The notes beneath the pieces are model-generated. The model was given only the letters and a program-made list of their open reading frames with translations. It had not been told where the DNA came from and made no database searches. This document shows, piece after piece, positions 19,967-29,014 of a stretch of 64,000 nt of DNA. Position 1 is the first letter of the stretch, and each line of letters starts with the position of its first letter. The DNA lies in the NCBI GenBank assembly GCA_965203485.1, contig OZ241892.1:576001-640000 (forward strand), read 5' to 3'. The DNA comes from Longimicrobiales bacterium (GTDB taxonomy: Bacteria > Gemmatimonadota > Gemmatimonadetes > Longimicrobiales > Gaopeijiaceae). The position numbers were made by a program, and so were the translations under genes.

Positions 19967-20953
19967 GTGGTGCGTTCCACGGGCGTTCTCGCGTTGCTGT
20001 GCGCATGCGCGGCCGGTGCGGCGTTGACGGCGCTCGGCGTGGGCGCCGCTCCGGTCGGGTTCGCGGACGCGGTCGCGGTGGCGCTGGGCGGCGGCGACGC
20101 GGCCGACCGGACCGTGGTGCTGGGCATCCGTTTGCCGCGCGTGCTGCTGGCCTTGTTGGTGGGCGGGGCGCTGGCCGTTGCCGGAGCGGTCTTTCAGGCA
20201 TTGCTCCGCAACCCGCTGGCGGACCCCTACGTTCTGGGGGTGTCGTCGGGCGCCGCCGCGGGGGCCGTAGGGGTGATGATGCTCGGCGCCGGCTCGTTCG
20301 CCGCCGGCGTCGAAGCCGGAGCGCTGGCCGGAGCGCTGGTCGCGATGGCCGTGGTGTTGCGCATCGCGCTCGCCGCCGGTCCGGCTCTGGACACGCGGGT
20401 GCTGCTGCTAGCGGGCGTCGTCGTGGGAGCGTTCCTCAACGCGGTGGTTCTTCTCCTGCTCACGTCTGCCGACGCGGAGTCCTTTCGGTCGGCCGTCTTC
20501 TGGATGATGGGCAGCCTGGCTCGCGCGGACTTGGCCGGCGCCGGCGCGCTCGCGCTGGTGTTGGCGCCGTGCCTGCTGGCCATGGGATTGCTGTCGCGGC
20601 CGCTCAACTTGCTGGCCGCGGGGGAGGAAACGGCGAGCTACCTGGGAGTGCCCGTCGAGCGCGTGAAGCAGGTCGGCTACTTGACGGCGTCCTTGGCCGT
20701 GGCCGTGTCGGTCTCGGCCGTCGGCGTGATCGGATTCGTAGGGCTCATCGTGCCGCACGCGTTGCGAATGCTTTGGGGCGGGGACCATCGCCTGCTGTTG
20801 CCTGCGTGCGTCCTCGGAGGAGGCACGTTCTTGGTGCTGACGGACACCGCCGCCCGCACTCTCGCGGCGCCCGCGGAGTTGCCGACCGGCGTCGTCACGG
20901 CGCTTGTCGGCGTCCCGCTCTTCGCGGCGCTCTTGGTGCGCGGCGGCCGGTGA
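19967..20953 (+). CDS. FecCD/BtuC-family ABC permease
   Basis: IRLPRVLLA, QALLRNPLADPYVLGVSSGA, FWMMGSL, GVIGFVGLIVPH, ELPTGVVTALVGVP. Confidence 0.95.
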   Translation: MVRSTGVLALLCACAAGAALTALGVGAAPVGFADAVAVALGGGDAADRTVVLGIRLPRVLLALLVGGALAVAGAVFQALLRNPLADPYVLGVSSGAAAGAVGVMMLGAGSFAAGVEAGALAGALVAMAVVLRIALAAGPALDTRVLLLAGVVVGAFLNAVVLLLLTSADAESFRSAVFWMMGSLARADLAGAGALALVLAPCLLAMGLLSRPLNLLAAGEETASYLGVPVERVKQVGYLTASLAVAVSVSAVGVIGFVGLIVPHALRMLWGGDHRLLLPACVLGGGTFLVLTDTAARTLAAPAELPTGVVTALVGVPLFAALLVRGGR

Positions 20954-21759
20954 GCCCGCCCTCCGGTCCCGTCGCGGGCGGCGTCCTCGAAGGGAGCCGC
21001 GTGACGTTTCGCTATCCGAAGGGCGTCCGTGACGCCGTTCGCGGCGTGTCGGTCGAAGTGCGCCCCTCCTCGGTCCTCGCCGTCATCGGCCCCAACGGTG
21101 CCGGCAAGTCCACCCTGGCGAAGCTGCTTGCGGGCAGCCTCGAGCCGTGCTCCGGAACGACCGCGTACGAGGGCACACCCCTTTTGGAGTGGAAGAGGCG
21201 CGACCTGGCCCGCCGCGTGGCCGTGGTGCCGCAGAGCGAGCACGTCGCGTTCCCGCTGACCGTGCGCGACTTGGTGGCCATGGGCCGCTATCCCCATCTG
21301 GGGCCCTGGCGCCGGGAACGCGCCGAGGACGCCTTGGCGGTCTCCCGGGCCCTCGAGCGTTGCGAAGTCGCCGAACTGCTCGACAGGGCGTTCCACACGC
21401 TTTCGGGCGGCGAGATGCAACGTGCGCGTATCGCGCGGGCGCTTGCCCAGGAGCCGAAGCTGCTGATCGTGGACGAGCCCACCGCCGCGCTCGACATGCG
21501 CTACGAAATGGCCATCTTCCGTCTCCTCCGCGACCTGGCGGATGACGGCATCGCCGTGATGATCGTCACCCACCACCTCAACCTCGCGACGCGCTTCAGC
21601 GACCGCATGCTGCTTCTCAGGGAGGGGGCCGCCGCCGCCGCAGGACTGCCCGGCGAGGTCGTTACGACCGAGACGATTTCCCGCGCCTACGGCTGGCCCG
21701 TGTCGGTCAGCCGCAAATCGTTCCGCGAGGGCTCCGCCCCGCAGGTCGTGCCGGGGTGA
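20950..21759 (+). CDS. FepC/BtuD-family ABC ATPase
   Basis: GPNGAGKST, LSGGEMQR, LIVDEPT, H-loop; GTGA overlap with the permease stop. Confidence 0.95.
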   Translation: MSPPSGPVAGGVLEGSRVTFRYPKGVRDAVRGVSVEVRPSSVLAVIGPNGAGKSTLAKLLAGSLEPCSGTTAYEGTPLLEWKRRDLARRVAVVPQSEHVAFPLTVRDLVAMGRYPHLGPWRRERAEDALAVSRALERCEVAELLDRAFHTLSGGEMQRARIARALAQEPKLLIVDEPTAALDMRYEMAIFRLLRDLADDGIAVMIVTHHLNLATRFSDRMLLLREGAAAAAGLPGEVVTTETISRAYGWPVSVSRKSFREGSAPQVVPG

Positions 21760-21823
21760 CCCGCGCCGCAGCGGCCCCGGCCTCGGCCCCGTGCGCGCGC
21801 GAGGTCGGCAGGCGTGCCGACGG

Positions 21824-24334
21824 CTACGACACGCGGGGCGGGCTCTTGCGCAGCACGAAGAGTCCCTCCTTCATGCTCGATACGATGAGGATTCCGCTCT
21901 CGAAGTAGGGGTAGACGCTCCAGGCGCCGGCGAAGCCCGGGCCGTCCGGGTTGCCGGAGACGGTGTCGAAATAGCCCACTTCCGCAGGCTCCTCGGGGTC
22001 GGAGATGTCGAGGATGCGCAGGCCGCTCGTGTAGTTGGCCTGATACATGAAGTCGCCGTGCACGTAGAGGTTGTGGTCCGACGACGTGCTCTCGCCGAAA
22101 TGCTCCTTGACGAGAACCGGGTCGTCGAGGTCGCGGACGTCCCAAACGAGCGTGCGGGTCTTGGACACGGCGCCGCCCAGCTCGTCGAGTTCGTCGTTCA
22201 CGTAGAAGTAGCTGTGGTCGTCGGTGATCCAGCCTTGATGGACGTAGCCGATGTTGGGGTAGGAGGCCGTGGCGAGGGCCACGGGGTCTTCCTTGTCGGT
22301 CACATCGGCGACCGAAAGCGCGTTCTCGTTTGCGCCGAAGCAGATCTCGCGGCCGCGGTGCTCCTCGTCGGGACCCCGGTAGTTGATGCACTGCGCGTCG
22401 TGGCTGTAGCCGGTGCCGGCGTTGCCGGTGGCGTCGTCGGCGAAGCAACCGGCGAAGACGGGGTTGGCGGGGTTGCGCACGTCGATCATGTGGAGTCCGC
22501 CGCCGCACGTTTCGCCGCCGCCCGAGCTTCCGACGGCGTAGGCGAAGCCGGTCGCCTCGTTGATCACCACGTTGTGGGCCGAGTTGATGCCGTCGTAGTG
22601 CGCGGTCTGCTCGAACACCACGGGCGGCGAAGCCACGTCGCGGAGCTGCTTCAAGTCGAACACCTGCATCCCGTGCGCTCCCGCGTTGTCGGCGACGATG
22701 AAAGCGTGATCCGCGTACACCTTCACGTCTCGCCAGAGGCTCGTGGAGCCGTTCTCGGCGAGGGGCAGCTCGCCCAGGTACACGGGGTTGGCCGGGTCGC
22801 CCAGGTCCACGAACGCGGTGGCGTCCGCCCTGCCGACGACGGCGTACTCGCGTCCCGTCTCCGGGTCCGTCCATCCCCAGAGATCGTTCGTGATCATTCC
22901 CCGGGCGCCGCCCAGCGCGCCCACCGGCATGAACGCCACCAAGTCCACCTCGTTGCAGCCGAATCCTTCGACCGCGCCGTCCTCGCACTCCCGCGCGCCG
23001 CCGGTCAGCGCCGCCGTCTCCTCGCCGTCGTCCACGATTTCGCCGTGCGGCTCCCATCCGTCCGCGCCGCGGCGGAACACGAAGCCGGTTCCCTCGAAGA
23101 AGGCCGCGCCCGGCGCTCCGAGGAAGGCAAAGTCCGGGCCCAGCGCCACTGCGAAGCCGTAGAAGTTGAATTGCTCGCCGGGCCCGAACGCGGATGCCTG
23201 GCTCCACTCGCCCGCTTCGTCCCGGCGAAACGCGAACGCTTGGCCGAACCCTCCCCTGGCGAGCGGCGCTCCGACCAGGACTTCCGCTTCCCGGGCGGCC
23301 AGCGCCACACCGAACCCGGAAAGCGGTTCCGGCGCGGACGGATCGATCGTGCCTGCCAGCGTCCATCCAGCGTCGCCTTCGGCGAACGCGTAGACCGCGC
23401 CCGCCATCTGTCCGGCGGCCGGCGCGCCCGCGAACACCATGCCGTCGGCGACGGCCACGCTCGTGCCCATCAGCGCGGGACCGGCGCCGGGGGTCTCGAG
23501 GTCGCCCGCGTGCGTCCACGCGCCGTCCACGCGGCGGAAAACGCTCGCCGATCCGGGGCCGAAGTTCGGCGGCCCTGCGCCCGACATCGCGGACAGGAGG
23601 TTGGCGCCGGGAGCGCCCACCGCCGCCAAGTCTCCGTCGATCGCCAGCGCAGATCCGAAGAGACGGCCCCCGCCCTCCAGGACTCCGACCTCGGTCCACG
23701 CGCCGTCGCCGCCCCTCTCGAACCGCACCACGCCGCCGCCGCCGCTGGCGCCGGGAGCGCCAACCAGGATCGTCGCCCCGTCGGTGGCCACGGCCGCTCC
23801 GAACATGGCCTCGGCGCCCGCGTCGGCGAACGCGCCGCCGCGCCAATCGAGCCGTTGAACCAGCTCCAGCGCTCCCGCGCCCTCTGCGCCTCTCCGGTAC
23901 ACGTAGGCCGCGCCCGGCCCCTCGGACGGCGCACCCACCACGAGAACGCCCTCGGCGGCGGCGACGGCGGTCCCGTAGGCGGCGCCCACTCCCGCCGTCT
24001 CCTCGGCGACCCGCGCCGACCACGCCCACCTGCCGTCGCCGTCCAGCTCGAAGACGTGCACCGCGCCCTGCCGGGCGAGCGGCATTGGAAACGTGGCCAC
24101 TTCGCCTGGCCGGCCCACGAACAGACGATGTCCGTCAAGCGCGATGCTCGTTGCGAAGGCCGCGCGCGCGGCGGCGGCGCGATGAAGCGCGCCGGACCCG
24201 GGCATGCTCTGCGACGCGGCGACTTCCGGCCCAGAAGCCAAGGCCAGGACGGCAAGCGTGGCGGCGGTCAGGTGGAAGCGGGCGCCGAATGGGCGGTAAG
24301 TGGAACGGTGGGCGGGGCAAAGCGGAGCTGGCAT
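21824..24334 (-). CDS. Choice-of-anchor B family secreted protein with N-terminal FG-GAP repeats
   Basis: Repeats FG.AVA..G..ILVGAP; C-terminal NDLWGWTDPETGREYA, WRDVKVY, SAHNVVIN, YSHDAQC, HQGWIT, DHNLYV, GAWSVYPYF. Confidence 0.9.
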   Translation of the reverse strand: MPAPLCPAHRSTYRPFGARFHLTAATLAVLALASGPEVAASQSMPGSGALHRAAAARAAFATSIALDGHRLFVGRPGEVATFPMPLARQGAVHVFELDGDGRWAWSARVAEETAGVGAAYGTAVAAAEGVLVVGAPSEGPGAAYVYRRGAEGAGALELVQRLDWRGGAFADAGAEAMFGAAVATDGATILVGAPGASGGGGVVRFERGGDGAWTEVGVLEGGGRLFGSALAIDGDLAAVGAPGANLLSAMSGAGPPNFGPGSASVFRRVDGAWTHAGDLETPGAGPALMGTSVAVADGMVFAGAPAAGQMAGAVYAFAEGDAGWTLAGTIDPSAPEPLSGFGVALAAREAEVLVGAPLARGGFGQAFAFRRDEAGEWSQASAFGPGEQFNFYGFAVALGPDFAFLGAPGAAFFEGTGFVFRRGADGWEPHGEIVDDGEETAALTGGARECEDGAVEGFGCNEVDLVAFMPVGALGGARGMITNDLWGWTDPETGREYAVVGRADATAFVDLGDPANPVYLGELPLAENGSTSLWRDVKVYADHAFIVADNAGAHGMQVFDLKQLRDVASPPVVFEQTAHYDGINSAHNVVINEATGFAYAVGSSGGGETCGGGLHMIDVRNPANPVFAGCFADDATGNAGTGYSHDAQCINYRGPDEEHRGREICFGANENALSVADVTDKEDPVALATASYPNIGYVHQGWITDDHSYFYVNDELDELGGAVSKTRTLVWDVRDLDDPVLVKEHFGESTSSDHNLYVHGDFMYQANYTSGLRILDISDPEEPAEVGYFDTVSGNPDGPGFAGAWSVYPYFESGILIVSSMKEGLFVLRKSPPRVS

Positions 24335-24643
24335 TGTCTGCGATTCCTGGTCCGTGCGGAGGCGATAAGGCAAGCGAAGGCAGGGTCGGCGACGAGCCCG
24401 ACCATCGAGCGACGACGGCTTCAGGTAAACGTAATGGGCTGACAAGCAGGGCACGCGGCGGCCAGGCCGGCATCGCCCCGTTCTTGAGGAGGCAGGACGA
24501 TGAAACGGCGGCGGCCAGGCCAGCGCCGAGCGGCAACCCGGCCGTTGCGCGCGCGCCACGACGGCCGGAATCCCGGCAACGCCCTTTCCCGGGCGGCCCC
24601 GCGTCGGCGAAGCCTCCCGCGCGCGGGTGCGCGCAACCCGCCG

Positions 24644-24880
24644 CTATTGATCGCGGAACCGCCCGGCCACCTCGACGCGGACTGGGAAGCCGGCTTCCGA
24701 GCCGGGCAACTTCGAGCGCAACGCGGCGTCGTCGCGCTCCAGCAGTATCGTGATGCACGGCTTGCCGCGCGAGAGCCCGAGCGCCGTGCCGGCGACGCCT
24801 TGGAGGTCGATCACGGCGCGTGTGACGCGGGCCTGCGCCTCCTCGATGGACATGGACATCGCAGCCGCGCCGCCCGTCAT
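24644..24880 (-). CDS. Small protein homologous to the N-terminal domain of the adjacent protease
   Basis: DLQGVAGTALGL..GKP...GFPVRVEVAGRF aligns with DLPGVAGTAVAL...GRP...GFPVTTEVTGRF in 24877-26040; ATGA coupling. Confidence 0.75.
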   Translation of the reverse strand: MTGGAAAMSMSIEEAQARVTRAVIDLQGVAGTALGLSRGKPCITILLERDDAALRSKLPGSEAGFPVRVEVAGRFRDQ

Positions 24881-26040
24881 TTCCCGTCGATGGCGACGCC
24901 GAAGCGGTCGAGCACGGCGTCGATGGGGTTGGCGAGCGTGCTGGCGTCGCTACCCGCGAAGAGCAATCCGACGGGACGGCGGTCCTGTCCGGCGGCGCCC
25001 CCGGTCACGATCAGCGACCCCGAGTCGCCCGGTCCGGAGAATCCCGGCTGGGAGACCACGATCTGACCCGAGAAGCGTGCTTGGCCGTCGCGGAACCCGA
25101 CGTTCACGGTGGCGTTGAGACCGGTGATGCGGCCAGTGGTGTGGCCGGTGGTGCGTCCGTACTTCTGGACCGCCATGCCGAGCCGGGGCGCGACGGTCGC
25201 CTCTCGGGGAATCCCGTAGCCCCCCGGAGGCGTGCCTTGTCCCAGCTGGGCCGTCGTGGTGGCCGCGACGGCAGCGTCGATGCGGTTCTCGGGACAGGCG
25301 GGGAAGGGGAGGCAGAAGCGGATCGGCTCGAAGTCGTGCAGCCGCCCAATCGCGTCCGCCGGTGCGGCGCCGCCGTCGATGCGGCCCGGTTGCAGGATGT
25401 GGTCGCCGGGGCTGGCGTCGTTCTTGTTTGCGAAGACGTGGTTGTTGCTGAGCGCGAAGACGCGGTCTCCGGAGCGGACCCTCGCCCCGATCGTGCCCGC
25501 CGTCACGTCCACTTGGCCCGCGGAGACGCCGATCGGCACCGGCCGGGGGAACGGCTTGCGGGGGTCGGCCGGTGGGCCGCCGGGCGTACCCCGGCCGTCT
25601 GCAGAGGCCGGGGTGTCGCGGGCGGCGACCTCGCTCGGGGCTGGCGCGTCGCCCAGCGCCCAGAACCGCCCCGTGACCTCGGTCGTCACCGGGAATCCGT
25701 CGAAGCTGGCGGGCACGGCGGCGGCGCCGGGCGCCGTGAGGAACACCTTGACGATCGGCCGGCCGCCTGGACCGAGCGCCACGGCGGTGCCCGCCACGCC
25801 GGGGAGATCCAGCAGGTCCTGGCCGTATCGCTCCTGAACCGCCATTGCGGCATGGAGATCGCCGTGGCTCTGCCGCGCACCTTTCTCGGCCCACCAGTTG
25901 CGCAACCCCGGGCCTGCTCCCATGCCGTCCAGGGCCAGCGCGGCCGCCAGTGCGCCAACTCGCGCCCAGCGCCATGTCCCCGTTCGGCGCTTTCGTTGCG
26001 CGACGACCGTCCAGCGCCGCGCCGGCTGTGGACTTTTCAT
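24877..26040 (-). CDS. Chymotrypsin-fold (S1, NAL1-like) serine protease
   Basis: Catalytic triad motifs LSNNHV (His), IDAAVA (Asp), GDSGS (Ser); GTIGA, QPG..DGG, KYGRTTGHT.G. Confidence 0.88.
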   Translation of the reverse strand: MKSPQPARRWTVVAQRKRRTGTWRWARVGALAAALALDGMGAGPGLRNWWAEKGARQSHGDLHAAMAVQERYGQDLLDLPGVAGTAVALGPGGRPIVKVFLTAPGAAAVPASFDGFPVTTEVTGRFWALGDAPAPSEVAARDTPASADGRGTPGGPPADPRKPFPRPVPIGVSAGQVDVTAGTIGARVRSGDRVFALSNNHVFANKNDASPGDHILQPGRIDGGAAPADAIGRLHDFEPIRFCLPFPACPENRIDAAVAATTTAQLGQGTPPGGYGIPREATVAPRLGMAVQKYGRTTGHTTGRITGLNATVNVGFRDGQARFSGQIVVSQPGFSGPGDSGSLIVTGGAAGQDRRPVGLLFAGSDASTLANPIDAVLDRFGVAIDGK

Positions 26041-27046
26041 GTCTTCCCGTACCGTCGTTCGTCCCGACAAAGCGATGCATGCAACCGCCCAACCTGCGGC
26101 CCGCCGTCCTATAATCTACGGCTCGCCCGTGGCCCGGTTTCGCCCAGCGGCGCAGGCGCCCTGCAGTCACGAGACTAGGAGCAGGGCTCGCCCGCCGTCG
26201 GCCGAGCCGGGCGCACGAAGATGTACGACCGATCCGCGCCGAACATGGTGTACCGCTTGCCTCCCACCGTGGTCGTCGTCATCGGTTCCCGACCTGGCCT
26301 TCAGGATCACGACGCTGTCGGCGAACATCCCGAGATGCTTTCGGTTGCCCGAACGGGTATCGTTCTTCCGCAACGCCTAGCAACCAGTCGCCCTGTCCAC
26401 CGCCGCCGCCGCCGTTCCCCACGTAGGCGTTTCCACAACGAGCCGACCGTCGGCGGCCAGAAACAGGCTGCTGTACCCGTAGCTGAAGCGCGATCCGGTG
26501 GAAGCTTCCATTCTTCTCTCGGGCAACCTCCATCGCCTCCGCTGGAATCGCAGCCGCCCGCGGTTTCGCTCCCAGCGTGTGCTCCGCAAGGACGTGGTTG
26601 TAACCGTCCAACCTATATGCAACCGAATCAACACATGCCAGAAACGATAAGCTGCTGGCTCTCGCGACATCGGTCGCAGAGGCCACGGTAAAGTCCAACT
26701 CTCGTCCCAGCTTCCCCCCCAATGCAACGCTTTCGCCGTTGTCGCCACGGAACACCATGCCCTGTTGCAGTGGGACGGTCGGCCGGCCGTTGATACGCAG
26801 AGATGCGCTCCCGCCGCCTCGACCAAGCGGGCCCCGCCGCCAAGGCGCCCCCGCAACGCCTTGCAGACCGGTCGCGGGCCGTTGCCAAGCCCTGCCGCAC
26901 CGCCCCACCGGAGGCTCCACGACTCGCCGGAGCCCGCCAATCCCCATATTCTCTGCCAGGCACTAGGTTCTACGCGCTGGCATGGAGACCGGGAACGGAC
27001 GGCCGGAAACTCGGGAGCCCGCGGGCGCGTCGTGTCGAGGAGAGCG

Positions 27047-27967
27047 ATGGAGACGATCCGGATACCCAACAGCGCGACCTACCTGCCGGTCTCGCTGACC
27101 GACGTGATCTTCGCCGCGCCCCTGGCGTCGCGGATACTTCTCGGGGCGACGTTGCCCGGCCGCGTGCTCCAGGCGGCAGCGGCGGGGGCGTACCTGGGCA
27201 GCGCGGCCGGCGACTGGGCGGCCCGGCGGGGCGTGAAGAAGATCGACTTCATGTCGGCGTTCGGAGCCGACGTCCGTCACATGGACGAGATGTCCGAGGA
27301 TGAGAGGCGGGCGGACGCGTTGCGTTGCGCCGAACAGCTGATGAACGTGTACGAACCGGTCGGCGGAGACCGGGCGGGGCTCGCTTCGGACGCCAACGAG
27401 AGGCTCACCACGTACATCGCGGGCATAACCGGCCAGCGAGTGGAGACCAGCAGCGAGTTTCGGGCCAGGACCTTGGCGGGCATGTTGCTCCCGTTCGCCG
27501 CAGGAAGTTGCGACGTCCTGTCGGGCGACATTGCGGTGTTGCGGAGCACAGGCGTGTTCGACGCGCATGTCCTGGCGCACGAGTTCTGCCACCGGAAGGG
27601 CTACTACAAGGAGTTGGAGGCCCAGGCCCTGGCCTACCTGGCCCTGTCTTCCTCGCGCGACCCGCGCCTTCGGCAAGCGGCCTTGGCCGAGCGGGCGTAC
27701 CGGAACCTGCGCGTGCTCGACGAGGGGAGTTCCGAGCGCTTCGGCGAGCTGGTGGACGAGACGGCGCTCTCCGGCCCCGTGCGGGACGACTTCCTGCGGT
27801 TGCGTCCGCCTGGCGCGCGCGAGGGCCGGTTCGCGGCCGCGATGCGCGATCTGTACGACTCGCGCATGAAGATGACGGGCCAGAACGGCATTTCCGACTA
27901 CGATCTGGGGTTCACGAACTTCCTCTACACGTACGAGACGGCGCGCGAGGAGGGACGCGTTGCCTGA
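27047..27967 (+). CDS. Zincin-like metallopeptidase (DUF3810-like)
   Basis: AHEFCHRKGYYKELEAQALAYLAL (HExxH plus downstream E); GAGGAG upstream. Confidence 0.7.
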   Translation: METIRIPNSATYLPVSLTDVIFAAPLASRILLGATLPGRVLQAAAAGAYLGSAAGDWAARRGVKKIDFMSAFGADVRHMDEMSEDERRADALRCAEQLMNVYEPVGGDRAGLASDANERLTTYIAGITGQRVETSSEFRARTLAGMLLPFAAGSCDVLSGDIAVLRSTGVFDAHVLAHEFCHRKGYYKELEAQALAYLALSSSRDPRLRQAALAERAYRNLRVLDEGSSERFGELVDETALSGPVRDDFLRLRPPGAREGRFAAAMRDLYDSRMKMTGQNGISDYDLGFTNFLYTYETAREEGRVA

Positions 27968-28598
27968 AGCGGCGAGCAGTGCGCCGGCGCCGCGCGCGCA
28001 GACGCCGCCCGGCCGGGAGCGGGACCTGTCGATGCACGGGAAGGCCGCGAGAGACTTGGCCTACATCCGCCGGACGATGGACGGGTCTGCGCGGTTCACG
28101 GCGGTCTCGGGTTGGGGCGGCGTGGGGACGGGAGCCGTGGCGTTCGCGGCCGCGCCCTTTGCCGCGGTGCGGGCCGGTCCGGCGGAATGGCTGGTCGTCT
28201 GGCTGGCGGCGGCGTTGGCGGCGATTCTCGTCGGCGGCGGCGCGGTCGCGCTGAAGGCGAGGCGCACCGGCCAATCGCTGGCGGCGGGCGCGGGACGGCG
28301 CTTCTTGTTCGGGCTGGGACCGCCGCTGCTGCTCGGGGCGTTGCTCACGGTCGCGTTGTGGGAAGCCGGGCAGGTCGCGCTCATGCCTCCGATGTGGCTC
28401 CTCGTCTACGGCACCGCGCTCACGACGGCCGGCTCCCACAGCGTCGGCGCGGTCCTCGCGATGGGCTTCGCCTTCCTGGCGTTGGGCGCCGCCGCACTGG
28501 AAGCCGGGCCCGCGTGGGGCGACCACTTCATGGCGGTCGGCTTCGGAGGCGTCCACGTGGCGGGCGGCTTGGCGGTTCTGCTGAAGCATGGCGGATAG
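27960..28598 (+). CDS. Hypothetical multi-pass membrane protein
   Basis: DLAYIRRTMD..ARFTAVSGWGG, about six hydrophobic segments, FGGVHV; overlaps both neighbours; start may be ATG 28032. Confidence 0.75.
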   Translation: MPEAASSAPAPRAQTPPGRERDLSMHGKAARDLAYIRRTMDGSARFTAVSGWGGVGTGAVAFAAAPFAAVRAGPAEWLVVWLAAALAAILVGGGAVALKARRTGQSLAAGAGRRFLFGLGPPLLLGALLTVALWEAGQVALMPPMWLLVYGTALTTAGSHSVGAVLAMGFAFLALGAAALEAGPAWGDHFMAVGFGGVHVAGGLAVLLKHGG

Positions 28599-28989
28599 CG
28601 CGCGGCACGAACGCGACAGGGACTCCTACGGCGCGGGCGCGCCGCCGGACAATGCCGGGGCGGTTCGCGGGGCCTCGGTGCTCGACAACGTCATTCACCA
28701 GCGCGTTCGGCTGGGGATCGCCTCGGCCCTCGCTTCTGGAGAGGCGCTGAGCTTCACCCGGCTCAAGGACCTGCTGTGCCTCACCGACGGCAACCTGAGC
28801 GTGCACCTGCGAAAGCTCGAGCAGGCGGGCTACGTGTTGAGCGCGAAGAGCCGCACCGAGCCGGGCTCCACGGCGGTCTCGCGCTACCGCCTGACCGCTT
28901 CCGGCCTGGGCGCGTTGCGCGCCTACCTCTCGCAGATGGAGGCGATCATCGAAGCGGCGCGCGGCGAGGGGCCGCAGGAGGGGCTGTAG
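28588..28989 (+). CDS. Winged-helix transcriptional regulator (HTH_34 / MarR-like)
   Basis: LDNVIHQRVRLGIASAL, SFTRLKDLL.LTDGNLSVHLRKLEQAGYV, YRLTASG. Confidence 0.9.
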   Translation: MADSARHERDRDSYGAGAPPDNAGAVRGASVLDNVIHQRVRLGIASALASGEALSFTRLKDLLCLTDGNLSVHLRKLEQAGYVLSAKSRTEPGSTAVSRYRLTASGLGALRAYLSQMEAIIEAARGEGPQEGL

Positions 28990-29014
28990 TTCGGCGCGAG
29001 AAGGAGGGCCGCCC

